A DNA stretch of 64,000 nucleotides from Alphaproteobacteria bacterium (GTDB lineage Bacteria > Pseudomonadota > Alphaproteobacteria > Bin95): contig CBDBGH010000003.1 of NCBI GenBank assembly GCA_965205265.1, positions 1 through 64,000 of the forward strand. Direction: 5' to 3'. This document shows positions 18,610 to 29,125 of this stretch, piece by piece. Below the pieces are notes generated by a model. It saw only the letters and a program-made list of their open reading frames with translations. It did no database searches and was not told the DNA's origin. Both the position numbers and the translations under genes were made by a program. How positions within the stretch are numbered: the first letter of the stretch is position 1; each line of letters opens with the position of its first letter.

Positions 18610-20115
18610 CTAGCGGGGGAGGGGAGTGGAATCGGCCTGCCACGGGCGGGCCGGGCCGGGCGGAATGCGTGCCCGGGCGGCCTGCTCGAACGCATGGGCG
18701 TAGCCGATGAGCGGGCCGTCCCGCCACGCGCCGCCGATGAAGGAAAGGCCGACCGGCAGGCCGGCGACATAGCCGGCGGGCACGGTGACGCTCGGATAGC
18801 CGGACACGGCCGCGAGACCGGAACTGCCGCCGAGGCGGTTGTCGCCGTTCACGAGGTCTATGGCCCAGGGCACAGGCGAAGTCGGCGCGACCAGGGCGTC
18901 GAGCCGGAATTCGCCGATGGTCCGGTCGATGCCGTTCTCCCGCGTGAGGCGGCGGCATGCGGCGAGCGCCTTCCGATAGGCCGGGTCATCCGTCCCGCCT
19001 GTCTCCTCGGCGGCGATCAGCTGTTCCTGCCCGAACCAGGGCATGACCCGGTCGGCATTGTCGAGATTGAACCGGATCAGGTCGGCGAGGGAATGGACCG
19101 GGCATTCGGGCCCGAGCGTCGAGAGCCAGGCGTTCAGCCCGACCTTGAATTCGGTCCGCATCACCAGGATTTCATGGGGCCGGATGGCCTCGCGCGAGGG
19201 CATGGCCACCTCATCGACGATGACGGCGCCGGCATCCGCCAGCGCTTCGAGCGCACCTTCGAACACCCGGTCCACCGCTTCGTGGAAGCCGCAATAATTG
19301 CGGACGGCGCCGATCCTCGCCCCCTGCAGCGCGCCGGTGTCGAGGAAGCGGGTGAAGTCCTCCTCCGGTAGCGGCCGGGTAGCCGGGTCGTCCGGGTCGG
19401 GGCCGGCCAGCGCGCCGAGCAGGACCGCAGCGTCGGCGACCGTGCGCGCCATCGGGCCCGCCGTGTCCTGGCTCGCGGCTATGGGAATGATCCCGATACG
19501 GGAGACCAGGCCGAGGGTCGGCTTGATTCCGACGATGGAATTCATCGCGGAAGGCCCGACGACGGACCCGTCGGTCTCCGTGCCGACAGCGGCCGGCGCA
19601 AAGTCGCGCGCGACCGCCACGCCCGAGCCCGAGCTTGAGCCGCCGGGCGTGCGGTCGGTCGCATAGGCGTTGCGGACCTGGCCGCCGCGGCTCGACCAGC
19701 CGCTCGACGAGCGCGTGGAGCGGAAGTTGGCCCATTCGCTGAGATTGGTCTTGCCGAGCACCACGGCGCCGGACTCGCGCAGGCGCCGGGCGACATGGCT
19801 GTCCGCCTCCGCCCTCACACCGTCGAGCGCGAGCGATCCGGCCGTGGTCATCATCGCGTCGCCGGTCGCGATATTGTCCTTCAGCAGCACCGGCACGCCG
19901 TGCATGGGGCCGCGCACATGGCCGGCGGCGCGCTCGCGATCGCGCGCCTCAGCGATTTCGGGCGCGTCGGGATTGAGGAAGGCGATCGACCGGAAGGCGC
20001 CGTCCTCCGCTTCGACCCGCTCGCTGAAGGTCTCGACGAGATCGGCGGAGCCCAGCACGCCCTCGGCCATCAGGCGGGCGAGTTCGGCGATGGAAGCTTC
20101 TTTCGGGAGGGTCAT
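18610..20115 (-). CDS. Amidase (amidase signature family)
   Basis: GVPVLLKDNI, GKTNLSEWA, GGSSSGS, GTETDGS. Confidence 0.9.
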   Translation of the reverse strand: MTLPKEASIAELARLMAEGVLGSADLVETFSERVEAEDGAFRSIAFLNPDAPEIAEARDRERAAGHVRGPMHGVPVLLKDNIATGDAMMTTAGSLALDGVRAEADSHVARRLRESGAVVLGKTNLSEWANFRSTRSSSGWSSRGGQVRNAYATDRTPGGSSSGSGVAVARDFAPAAVGTETDGSVVGPSAMNSIVGIKPTLGLVSRIGIIPIAASQDTAGPMARTVADAAVLLGALAGPDPDDPATRPLPEEDFTRFLDTGALQGARIGAVRNYCGFHEAVDRVFEGALEALADAGAVIVDEVAMPSREAIRPHEILVMRTEFKVGLNAWLSTLGPECPVHSLADLIRFNLDNADRVMPWFGQEQLIAAEETGGTDDPAYRKALAACRRLTRENGIDRTIGEFRLDALVAPTSPVPWAIDLVNGDNRLGGSSGLAAVSGYPSVTVPAGYVAGLPVGLSFIGGAWRDGPLIGYAHAFEQAARARIPPGPARPWQADSTPLPR

Positions 20116-20210
20116 AAGAAACTCGCTCGTCCTTGATCCGGTCAGGCGGGAAACTATCGGGCGCTTGTCGTCTCAGCACAAACTGCTAAGGGGTGGCAAC
20201 GGAGGCCGGA

Positions 20211-21799
20211 ATGGACTTGAGATCGCATATCCGGGCGCTGCCCAAGGCCGAGCTTCACCTGCATCTGGAGGGGACGCTCGAGCCGGAACTGATGATGCGG
20301 ATGGCCGCCCGCAACAAGGTGGAGATCCCGTTCCGCTCGGTCGAGGAGATAAGGGCCGCCTACCGCTTCACCCGGTTGCAGGACTTCCTCGACATCTACT
20401 ACCGGGGCATGGACGTGCTGCGTGCCGAGGAGGACTTCTACGAGCTCACCGCAGCCTATCTGGAGCGGGTAGCCGCCGATGGGGCGGTGCATGTCGAGGT
20501 GTTCTTCGATCCCCAGGGTCACACCGCGCGCGGCATTCCCTTCGCGGTCGCGGCGGACAGCATACTGGCCGCGCTTGCTGATGGGCGCGAGCGGCTCGGC
20601 ATCACCTCGCTGCTCATCATGTGCGTCCTCAGGCATCTCGACGAGGAGGACGGGTTCGCCGCCTTTCGCGACGCCGAGCCCTATGTCGCCGACGGGCGGA
20701 TCGCCGGCCTCGGCCTCGACTCGACCGAGAGGGACAATCCGCCCGCGAAGTTCGAACGCCTCTTCGCCGCGGCGCGGAAAGCGGGCCTCAGGCTCGTCGC
20801 CCATGCCGGCGAGGAAGGGCCGGCGTCCTATGTCGCCGAGACGGTTGACCGGCTGGGGGTGGACCGGATCGACCACGGCAACCGCGCGATGGACGACCCG
20901 GCCCTGGTCCGCCGCCTCGCCGGGCTGGGCATGCCGCTCACCGTGTGCCCGCTCTCCAACCTCAGGCTCGGCGGGGTGGCCGATCTCAGGCAACACCCGC
21001 TGAAGCGCATGCTCGAGGCGGGCCTCAAGGCTACGGTCAACTCGGACGACCCGGCCTATTTCGGCGGCTATCTGGCGGACAATTTCGTTGCGGTCGCCGA
21101 AGCGCTCGGTCTGGGGCCGGCGGACCGGACAGCATACTGGCCGCGCTTGCTGATGGGCGCGAGCGGCTCGGCATCACCTCGCTGCTCATCATGTGCGTCC
21201 TCAGGCATCTCGACGAGGAGGACGGGTTCGCCGCCTTTCGCGACGCCGAGCCCTATGTCGCCGACGGGCGGATCGCCGGCCTCGGCCTCGACTCGACCGA
21301 GAGGGACAATCCGCCCGCGAAGTTCGAACGCCTCTTCGCCGCGGCGCGGAAAGCGGGCCTCAGGCTCGTCGCCCATGCCGGCGAGGAAGGGCCGGCGTCC
21401 TATGTCGCCGAGACGGTTGACCGGCTGGGGGTGGACCGGATCGACCACGGCAACCGCGCGATGGACGACCCGGCCCTGGTCCGCCGCCTCGCCGGGCTGG
21501 GCATGCCGCTCACCGTGTGCCCGCTCTCCAACCTCAGGCTCGGCGGGGTGGCCGATCTCAGGCAACACCCGCTGAAGCGCATGCTCGAGGCGGGCCTCAA
21601 GGCTACGGTCAACTCGGACGACCCGGCCTATTTCGGCGGCTATCTGGCGGACAATTTCGTTGCGGTCGCCGAAGCGCTCGGTCTGGGGCCGGCGGACCTG
21701 ACGACGCTCGCCCGGAATTCGATCGAAGCCTCATTCCTCGACGAGGCGGCCAAGCAGGCGCATCTCGCTCGGATCGAACGGGTCGCGGCGGAGGGATGA
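20211..21799 (+). pseudogene. add: Adenosine/adenine deaminase disrupted by a 572-bp tandem duplication
   Basis: LPKAELHLHLEG, AHAGE, RIDHG, CPLSN, NSDDP. Segment 20554-21125 is repeated at 21126-21697; removing one copy restores a 338-aa ORF. Confidence 0.85.
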
Positions 21800-22512
21800 A
21801 CGGCAAGTTGCACGACCCGCGCGCGTTCCGGATTCGCTTCGAATGGGGACCGCAGGGAATCGCCTATCTCGCTCCCGGAAGCGACGCCGTCGTGATCGTG
21901 GATGTGCTTTCCTTTTCAACCGCGGTCGTTGTGGCGGCGGCAAGAGGCGCAACGGTATTCCCCTACCGATGGGCCGACGACACTGCCGCCGACTATGCCA
22001 GATCTCTGGACGCCCTGCTTGCGGGCCCGCGGCGCGAGGCCGGTTACTCGCTCTCGCCCGGATCGTTGACGGGCCTGCCGGAGGGCAGCCGCATCGTGCT
22101 GCCGTCTCCGAACGGCGCGACCCTTTCGCTCGCCACCGGCGGGACGCCCACCTTCGCCGGATGCCTTCGCAACGCATCTGCAGTGGCGCGGGCGGCGCAG
22201 TCCTGTGGCCCTTGTGTCACGGTAATTGCATGCGGGGAGCGCTGGCCGGACGGCGCCCTGCGCCCGTCCCTGGAAGACCATATCGGCGCCGGGGCCATTC
22301 TGGCCCATCTCGACGGCGTGAGGTCGCCCGAGGCGGCTGCCGCAGTCAGCGTCTTTGAGAGCGCGAGGGCGCATCTTCCCGAAACGCTCCGGAACAGCGT
22401 ATCGGGCAAGGAGTTGGCCGGCAGGGGCTTCGAGGACGACGTTACGGTTGCCTCGGAACTGGACAGCGACGATGTGGCGCCGAGACTCCGCGACCTTGCC
22501 TATGCGGCGTAA
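21796..22512 (+). CDS. 2-phosphosulfolactate phosphatase (ComB)-like protein
   Basis: VIVDVLSFST, SLSP, LPSPNG, GCLRNA, LRPSLED..GAG; ATGA overlap with the add stop. Confidence 0.8.
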   Translation: MNGKLHDPRAFRIRFEWGPQGIAYLAPGSDAVVIVDVLSFSTAVVVAAARGATVFPYRWADDTAADYARSLDALLAGPRREAGYSLSPGSLTGLPEGSRIVLPSPNGATLSLATGGTPTFAGCLRNASAVARAAQSCGPCVTVIACGERWPDGALRPSLEDHIGAGAILAHLDGVRSPEAAAAVSVFESARAHLPETLRNSVSGKELAGRGFEDDVTVASELDSDDVAPRLRDLAYAA

Positions 22513-22523
22513 GGCAGTCCCGG

Positions 22524-23288
22524 TCAGCTGTTCCACCAGGGCATGTCGTTGAAGGAGCGCAGGTCGATTTCATTCGACCAGGTGGAACGGTGCTGGTGTG
22601 CGAGGTGGACATAGGTGTCGGCGATCTTCTCCGGCAGCATGAGGCCGTCATGCTCCATGCCGCGGCTCTCGCGCAGCGCCCGGTATTTTTCCGGCCCCAG
22701 CATCTTGCCGAGCGTGTCCGGGGTATCGACCGCGCCGTCGATCAGGATATGGACGATGTGGACGCCCTGGGGCCCGAACTCGGCGTTCAGCGTCTGGCAC
22801 AGCATGCGCCGCCCCGCCATGGAAGCCGCGTGCGAGTGCTGGCCCCTGTTGCCGCGCACCGCTGCCGTCGATGAGGTGACCAGGATGGCGCCGCCGCCGC
22901 GCTCGACCATGCGGGGGCAGACGGCCGAGGCCGTGCGGAACAGCCCGAAGGTCGCCATGCGCCAGCCCAGTTCGAAGACCTTGCAGCTGGTCGCCTCCAG
23001 GCTCCGGTCGCCCACCTGCGAGCCGAGGTTGTAGAGGACCACCCGTATCGGCCCGATATCCGCCTCGACGGCGGCGATCCGGTCCTCGATGCTGTCCGGC
23101 TGGACGGCGTTGAGCAGATAGCCCGTGGCGTCGCCGCCCTCGCTCCTGATGCCTTCCACCAGCCGGTTCAGGCCGTCCTCGTCGCTGCGGCGGCAAAGGA
23201 CGGCGTGGTAGCCCTCGCGCGCGAAGCGGCTTCCGACGGTTCCGCCGATTCCGGCGCCGGCGCCGATGACGAGGCAAACGGGTTTCAT
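22524..23288 (-). CDS. Short-chain dehydrogenase/reductase
   Basis: VIGAGAGIG Rossmann motif, EFGPQGVHIVHILIDG. Confidence 0.85.
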   Translation of the reverse strand: MKPVCLVIGAGAGIGGTVGSRFAREGYHAVLCRRSDEDGLNRLVEGIRSEGGDATGYLLNAVQPDSIEDRIAAVEADIGPIRVVLYNLGSQVGDRSLEATSCKVFELGWRMATFGLFRTASAVCPRMVERGGGAILVTSSTAAVRGNRGQHSHAASMAGRRMLCQTLNAEFGPQGVHIVHILIDGAVDTPDTLGKMLGPEKYRALRESRGMEHDGLMLPEKIADTYVHLAHQHRSTWSNEIDLRSFNDMPWWNS

Positions 23289-23698
23289 GCAAGGTCGCTC
23301 CGCAACGCCGTGTAAATTGTGCCTGGCGCGCCCAGTTTCTTCAGGCGCGCGGCGGGCAGGCGCTTCAACGTTCCGTTGCGCGGGTCGATGTCGATGCCGA
23401 CGGATTCCAGCGCCGTCACGCCGAGGATCGGCTCGGTCCCCCTGTCGCCGAAGATGATCGTGCCGCCCACAATCTCTCCCATGAACTCCAGCCGTCCGAC
23501 CGCGATATCCATGGCAACCGTGTTGCCGTCGGCGAGTTCGTAAAGGCGGCGCGCCTCGGGCTCCAGCCCGATGGCCTCCAGGCGGTCTCTGGGCACCAGC
23601 GAATCGGTCGCGCCGGTATCGACCAGGAACAATCCGTCCCACGCCCGCTCACGGTCCGCGGGATTGCTGACGGTAACCGTCACATGGATGGCGCCCAA
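23285..23698 (-). CDS. Clan AA (retroviral-like) aspartic protease
   Basis: FLVDTGATDS catalytic motif, YELADG, PILGVTALES; TTG start after GGAGG. Confidence 0.85.
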   Translation of the reverse strand: MGAIHVTVTVSNPADRERAWDGLFLVDTGATDSLVPRDRLEAIGLEPEARRLYELADGNTVAMDIAVGRLEFMGEIVGGTIIFGDRGTEPILGVTALESVGIDIDPRNGTLKRLPAARLKKLGAPGTIYTALRSDLA

Positions 23699-23981
23699 GA
23701 CTGTCCTCCATCGCTTGCCGCACCCGGCCCGTGGTGCCCCCGGGGAGCCGCGTCCCCTCCGGTAAGCAGTTGTTATAAAAGGCAATTTCGTGTCTGCTTG
23801 CTTCAAGCCTACCCTTCAAACCACCTTTCCACCCGTGTTTGCATGTGACTGTATGTCACGGGAAGGGAAAGAGAAAGGCCAACGGACGAATCCGTTGGCC
23901 TTGGGGGGACAAGCTCGCTGAGCAGTGTGGGGTGCATGGTGTTCAGGCCATCAACAAGACAACAGCAGACCACGGAGGAGC

Positions 23982-24119
23982 ATGACCCGGCTTGAGGGAA
24001 TCCCTCTACCGACTCATCACCTTCGGCACACAAGGTGCCATGCTGCAACGAAACTGAGCCTCCCTTGTTGCCAGTATGCCACAGTGCAATTGCAAAAAGC
24101 AAGCAAGGCTTCCTCGTGA
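23982..24119 (+). CDS. Hypothetical 45-aa Cys/His-rich peptide
   Basis: GGAGGAGC-ATG RBS; preceded by the same 15-bp repeat as the next ORF; no recognisable family. Confidence 0.3.
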   Translation: MTRLEGIPLPTHHLRHTRCHAATKLSLPCCQYATVQLQKASKASS

Positions 24120-24208
24120 ATTGGAATCGGGTCGGTGTGACGGTAAGATTGTCAATGTTCAGGCCATCAATCTGAACACGACATAATCGCAGGATATGGA
24201 GGACAGTA

Positions 24209-24520
24209 ATGTTCCGGTTAGCCCACGTATGCCCTGCGTGCAACACCATCAATGTCTGGTGGTACGGCGCGAAGCTCGGCGATACTATCAAGTGTCGGGG
24301 GTCGACTTGTCGCAAAATCCTTCGCCTGGTCCGGGAAGGTGGCATTCGGGCGCAAAAGCTCCCCATGCCGGCAGATAATCATCAGGTTGACGAGACCTCG
24401 AAGGGTTGCATTGCTGTTACCCTGAGGATTGCCTGGCGCGGCACAGGGCTGATCACCGGAACAATCGGACGGCTGTTCCGGATTGCCATCGTCACCTTGG
24501 CATTCATGCTCAAGGTTTGA
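24209..24520 (+). CDS. Hypothetical small protein with zinc-ribbon-like cysteines and hydrophobic C-terminus
   Basis: GGAGG RBS; CPAC...CRGSTC. Confidence 0.5.
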   Translation: MFRLAHVCPACNTINVWWYGAKLGDTIKCRGSTCRKILRLVREGGIRAQKLPMPADNHQVDETSKGCIAVTLRIAWRGTGLITGTIGRLFRIAIVTLAFMLKV

Positions 24521-24721
24521 ACCACACCATCAGCACTGCCGTCTTGATTGCGCCTCGGGACGGTAGTGCCTCCCTTGAAACTCCATGCGCCACCTTCTAA
24601 TCCACCCTTTTGGGTGGTGTCGGCATGAATTAGTATGGTTCTCTTTAGACGAATATACATAGAAAGATAACGCTTTTTCAAGTGGTTAGGATGATATATG
24701 GTCCGACATGCTCCGCCGAAG

Positions 24722-24809
24722 TGGTGCCCAGGAGAAGACTCGAACTTCCACGGCCTTGCGGCCACAGGTACCTGAAACCTGCGCGTCTACCAAATTCCGC
24801 CACCTGGGC
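24722..24809 (-). tRNA. tRNA-Leu(CAG)
   Basis: GCCCAGG/CCTGGGC acceptor stem, anticodon loop TTCAGGT, long variable arm, GTTCGA, CCA. Confidence 0.95.
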
Positions 24810-24882
24810 ATGGGGCCGGCGGGAGACGGCGTGATAAGAGGAAGGCGCACATCTGTCAACGACCGGACAGGACAGCTATCCC

Positions 24883-26367
24883 GTGACCGATCGATCCCTC
24901 CGCGACTTTATCGCCCGACTGGAAGGGGCAGGCCGGCTCAGACGGATATCCGCGCCCGTGTCGCCCGAGCTGGAGGTGACCGAGATCCACCGCCGCGTGC
25001 TGCAGGCGGGCGGGCCGGCGCTCCTGTTCGAAAACCTGCGCCGTGCGGACGGCAGCCCCTGGAGCATGCCCGCGCTCGCCAACCTGTTCGGCACCGTGGA
25101 GCGCGTCGCCTGGGGCATGGGGCGCGAGCCGGAGGGGCTGCGCGAAGTCGGCGAAACGCTGGCCTTTCTCCGCCAGCCGGAGCCGCCGGGCGGCTGGCGC
25201 GAAGCGGTGGGCATGCTGCCGCTGCTCAGGACCATGCTCTCCATGGCGCCGCGCACCGTCCGGCGCGGGGCCGTGCAGGAGGTCGTGCTGGAGGGAGACG
25301 ACATCGACCTCGGGCGCTTCCCGGTCCAGACCTGCTGGCCGGACGAGCCTGCCCCGCTCATCACATGGCCGCTGGTGGTGACGCGGGGGCCGGGGCGGAC
25401 GGCCGAGGACGACTTCAACCTCGGTATTTACAGGATGCAGGTCACCGGGCGGAACACGACCCTGATGCGCTGGCTGAAGCATCGCGGCGGCGCCGGCCAT
25501 CATGCGCGCTGGGCGGCGGAGAAGCGCGAACCGCTGCCCGCTGCCGCCGTGATCGGCGCGGACCCGGCAACCATCCTTGCCGCCGTCACGCCGCTGCCCG
25601 AGACGCTGTCGGAATACCGCTTTTCCGGCCTCCTGGCGAGCCGGTGCCTCGACCTCGTCGATTGCCGCACCGTGCCGCTCAAGGTGCCGGCCGAGGCCGA
25701 GATCGTGCTGGAGGGCCATGTCTCGCTGGACGATTACGGCGAGGAAGGCCCCTATGGCGACCATACCGGCTATTACAACGCGGTCGAGCGCTTCCCCGTG
25801 TTCACGGTCTCGGCGATCACCATGCGCCGCGAGCCGATCTACCTCACCACCTATACCGGCCGCCCGCCCGACGAGCCGTCCGTGCTGGGCGAGGCGCTGA
25901 ACGAGGTCTTCATCCCGCTGCTGCAGGCGCAGTTCCCGGAAATCCGCGATTTCTGGCTGCCGCCGGAGGGCTGCTCCTACCGCATTGCCGTGGTCTCGAT
26001 CCGCAAGGCCTATCCGGGCCACGCCAAGCGCGTCATGTTCGGCGTCTGGTCCTATCTGCGCCAGTTCATGTACACCAAGTGGGTGATCGTCGTGGACGAC
26101 GACATCGACGCGCGCGACTGGAAGGATGTCATGTGGGCCATTTCCACCCGCATGGACCCCGCCCGCGACATCACGCTCGTCGAGAACACGCCCATCGACT
26201 ATCTCGACTTCGCCAGCCCCGAGAGCGGCCTCGGCTCCAAGATCGGCCTCGACGCCACCGACAAGTGGCCGCCCGAGACCCGGCGCGAATGGGGCCGGAA
26301 GCTTGACATGAGCGAGGAGGTCCGGGCGCGGATCGCCGCGAGGTGGGAGGAGTTCGGGCTGGATTGA
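24883..26367 (+). CDS. ubiD: UbiD family decarboxylase (3-polyprenyl-4-hydroxybenzoate decarboxylase)
   Basis: [51 protein letters not shown]. Confidence 0.92.
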   Translation: MTDRSLRDFIARLEGAGRLRRISAPVSPELEVTEIHRRVLQAGGPALLFENLRRADGSPWSMPALANLFGTVERVAWGMGREPEGLREVGETLAFLRQPEPPGGWREAVGMLPLLRTMLSMAPRTVRRGAVQEVVLEGDDIDLGRFPVQTCWPDEPAPLITWPLVVTRGPGRTAEDDFNLGIYRMQVTGRNTTLMRWLKHRGGAGHHARWAAEKREPLPAAAVIGADPATILAAVTPLPETLSEYRFSGLLASRCLDLVDCRTVPLKVPAEAEIVLEGHVSLDDYGEEGPYGDHTGYYNAVERFPVFTVSAITMRREPIYLTTYTGRPPDEPSVLGEALNEVFIPLLQAQFPEIRDFWLPPEGCSYRIAVVSIRKAYPGHAKRVMFGVWSYLRQFMYTKWVIVVDDDIDARDWKDVMWAISTRMDPARDITLVENTPIDYLDFASPESGLGSKIGLDATDKWPPETRREWGRKLDMSEEVRARIAARWEEFGLD

Positions 26368-26412
26368 GCGGCCCGGCGGCGCTAAATAGCCGTCACCGGG
26401 CCCAAGCCCTGT

Positions 26413-26499
26413 GCCTCTGTGGCGGAATCGGTAGACGCGGCAGACTCAAAATCTGTTGCCCGCAAGGGCGTGGGAGTTCGAGTCTCCCCGGGGGCACCA
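26413..26499 (+). tRNA. tRNA-Leu(CAA)
   Basis: GGCGGAATCGGTAGACGC D-arm, anticodon loop CTCAAAA, variable arm, GTTCGA, CCA; acceptor stem has two G-U pairs. Confidence 0.95.
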
Positions 26500-26638
26500 C
26501 CTACTCACCACATAGCGACACATACCGGCACATATATCGTTGATTTTACAAAGAAATACCGCAGAGCACCTTGCCATCGCTCACCACTGATATATACCCG
26601 TATCCACCTATCAGGGTAGATAGAAAGGTGGATAGCAT

Positions 26639-27097
26639 ATGACCAAAAGTAACGTCCTCACACACCTCAAGGCCCAGAACCTCGGCGAGGGGAAATACGC
26701 GGACGGTCAGGGACTGTGGTTGGTAAAGACCAAGAAGGAAGCCGGCAGGTGGGTGCTTCGTCTGGTGGTCAACGGTAGACGGCGGGAAATGGGGCTGGGG
26801 CGATTTCCGGACGTTTCCATCGCCGAAGCTCGGGAGACCGCCGCCGAGGCACGACGCACCCTGCGACACGGGCTTGATCCGGTCGCGGAGCGCCAGAAGT
26901 GCCGGCAGCGTGACGAACGCCGGCTGACGGTCGCGGACGCCGTGGAGGGCTGTTTCCGTGCACGGCAAGCCGAGCTCAAGGGAGACGGGAAAGCCGGTCG
27001 CTGGCTCTCCCCGCTCACGACCCATGTGTTGCCGATGATCGGCACTGAACCCATAGAATCCGTAGACCAGCATGTCCTGAAACGCATTCTCGCCCCG
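26639..27097 (+). pseudogene. P4-type tyrosine integrase, N-terminal part only
   Basis: GKYADGQGLWL...GRRREMGLGRFPDVSIAEARE arm-binding domain; similarity ends at KRILAP where istA sequence begins; no catalytic domain. Confidence 0.9.
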
Positions 27098-27128
27098 CAA
27101 CCGGGGCAGCCAGAGCCACTTCCGGCGC

Positions 27129-28343
27129 ATGATCGCGCCGGAGCGCCCGCGGCCTGTGGCCGAGGCCTATCTGCGCCTCAAGACCCTGCCCGGCGAGCTG
27201 GCCCAGGTGGACTGGGCCCACTTCGGCAAGGTGAGGATCGGGCGCGCGGAGCGCCCGCTGATGGGCTTCGTGATGGTGCTGAGCTACTCGCGCCGCATCT
27301 TCCTGCACTTCTACCTCAATGCCGCGATGGACAACTTCCTGCGCGGCCATGTCGAGGCCTTCGAGGCCTGGCAGGGCGTGCCCCGCGAGCTATGGTACGA
27401 CAACCTGAAGAGCGTCGTGCTGGAGCGCCAGGGCGACGCCATCCGGTTCAACCCCCGGCTCCTCGACTTCGCCGCCCGCTACCGCTTCCTGCCCAAGCCG
27501 GTCGCGGTCGCGCGCGGCAACGAGAAGGGGCGCGTGGAGCGCGCCATACGCTATGTGCGCGACAACTTCTTCGCCGCCCGCGCCTGGCGCGACCTCGACG
27601 ACCTGAACGCCCGGGCCCGCGCCTGGTGCGACGGCGTCGCCGCCGACCGTCGCTGGCCGGACGACCGCTCCCTCACCGTGCGCGAGGCCTTCGAGCGCGA
27701 GCGCGGCTCCCTGATGGCGCTGCCCGACGACCGGCCCCCCGTCGACGAGAGGGTCGAGGTCAGGATCGGCAAGACCCCCTACGCCAGGTTCGACCTCAAT
27801 GACTATAGCGTCCCGCATACCCATACGCGGCGCACCCTCACCGTGGTCGCGACACTGGAGGAGGTACGCATCCTCGACGGCGCCGACACCGTCGCCCGTC
27901 ATCCGCGCAGCTTCGACAAGGCGGCCCGCATCGAGACCCCCGAGCACATCGAGGAGCTGGTCAGGCTCAAACGTCACGCCCACCGCCTGCGCGGGCAGAG
28001 CCGCCTTCTCCAGGCCGCCCCCGACAGCGAGCGCCTGCTTGCCGAGACCGCCAGGCGCGGCGGCAATATCGGCACAACCGTCGCCTCCCTGCTGCGCCTG
28101 CTCGACGACTACGGAGCCGTCGAACTCGAAGCCGCCATCGATGAAGCCCTTGAGCGCGGCGTCCCCCATCCCAATGCGGTGCGCTTCAGCCTGAACCGGC
28201 GGCGCGAACAGCGCAACGAGCCACCACCCATCCCCATCGACCTGCCCGGCGATCCAAGACTGCGCGATATCGCGGTCCGCGATCACGACCTCGGCGGATA
28301 CGACGGGCTCGCAAGCCACCACGAGGAGGACAGCGAAGAATGA
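27129..28343 (+). CDS. istA: IS21 transposase IstA, 5'-truncated (N-terminal HTH missing)
   Basis: PGELAQVDW, LSYSR, YDNLKS, NEKGRVER, FDLNDYSVP. Confidence 0.85.
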   Translation: MIAPERPRPVAEAYLRLKTLPGELAQVDWAHFGKVRIGRAERPLMGFVMVLSYSRRIFLHFYLNAAMDNFLRGHVEAFEAWQGVPRELWYDNLKSVVLERQGDAIRFNPRLLDFAARYRFLPKPVAVARGNEKGRVERAIRYVRDNFFAARAWRDLDDLNARARAWCDGVAADRRWPDDRSLTVREAFERERGSLMALPDDRPPVDERVEVRIGKTPYARFDLNDYSVPHTHTRRTLTVVATLEEVRILDGADTVARHPRSFDKAARIETPEHIEELVRLKRHAHRLRGQSRLLQAAPDSERLLAETARRGGNIGTTVASLLRLLDDYGAVELEAAIDEALERGVPHPNAVRFSLNRRREQRNEPPPIPIDLPGDPRLRDIAVRDHDLGGYDGLASHHEEDSEE

Positions 28344-29125
28344 CCCTCAAGGACCGCGCCACGGCGCTCGGACTGCACGGCCTCCTCGCCCACTGGAGCG
28401 AGGTTGCGGAGCGCGACTGGCTCCCGCCCCTGATCGCATGGGAAGAGGAAGAGAGGCGAAGCCGAAGCCTCAGGCGACGCCTCACCGCCGCCCGCCTCGG
28501 ACAGTTCAAGCCGCTCGCCGACTTCGACTGGGACTGGCCAAGGCGATGCGACCGCATGGCCGTCGAGGACCTCATGACCCTCAACTTCCTCCGCGAGGGC
28601 GCCAATGTCGTCCTCATCGGCCCCAACGGCGTCGGCAAGTCCACAATCGCCGCCAATATCGCACACCGCGCCGTCCTCGAAGGCCACACCGTGCGCTTCG
28701 CAACCGCCGCCAGCCTGCTCGGCGAGCTCGCCGCCATCGACTCCGACACAATGCTCCAGCGCAGGCTGCGCTTCTACGCCCGCCAGCACCTCCTGGTCAT
28801 CGACGAAGTCGGATATCTCTCCTACTCCAACCGTCATGCCGACCTGCTGTTCAATATCGTCTCAAGCCGCAGCCAGCAGCGCTCCACCATCATCACCACA
28901 AACCGCCCCTTCGCCGAGTGGAGCGAGGCCTTCCCCAACGCCGCCTGCCTCGTGGCCCTTGTCGACCGGCTCGTCCACAATGCCGAGATCCTCGCCATCG
29001 ACGGCGACTCATACCGCCGCAAGGAGGCCGAGGAACGCCAGAAGCAGCGCAGCGCCGATCGCCGCCGGCGGCGATCGGCAAAAGGAGCGGGCAAGAGCAC
29101 GGCGCAAGACACGGGGGATGCCTGA
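28340..29125 (+). CDS. istB: IS21 helper ATPase IstB
   Basis: Walker A GPNGVGKS, Walker [25 protein letters not shown]. Confidence 0.93.
   Translation: MTLKDRATALGLHGLLAHWSEVAERDWLPPLIAWEEEERRSRSLRRRLTAARLGQFKPLADFDWDWPRRCDRMAVEDLMTLNFLREGANVVLIGPNGVGKSTIAANIAHRAVLEGHTVRFATAASLLGELAAIDSDTMLQRRLRFYARQHLLVIDEVGYLSYSNRHADLLFNIVSSRSQQRSTIITTNRPFAEWSEAFPNAACLVALVDRLVHNAEILAIDGDSYRRKEAEERQKQRSADRRRRRSAKGAGKSTAQDTGDA

Larger units (their letters stand above)
23731..24721 (-). mobile_element. Integrase-less mini element at tRNA-Leu(CAG), att-bounded
   Basis: Low GC; distal CTCCCCGGGGGCACCAC (23731-23747, minus strand) is a tRNA 3'-end copy; arm-site-like GGTGG/GGTAG repeats at 23809-23835 and 24590-24617. 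Confidence 0.75.

Noticed and set aside
20554-21697. Programmed frameshift or two-gene add arrangement
   Set aside because: Fully explained by an exact tandem duplication.
23809-24366. 185-aa minus-strand ORF in the mini element
   Set aside because: No RBS or motifs, and it overlaps arm-like sites; the plus-strand ORFs have clear RBSs.
26639-27802. 387-aa full-length integrase
   Set aside because: Only the first ~153 aa are integrase; the rest is an off-frame reading of istA with no catalytic residues.
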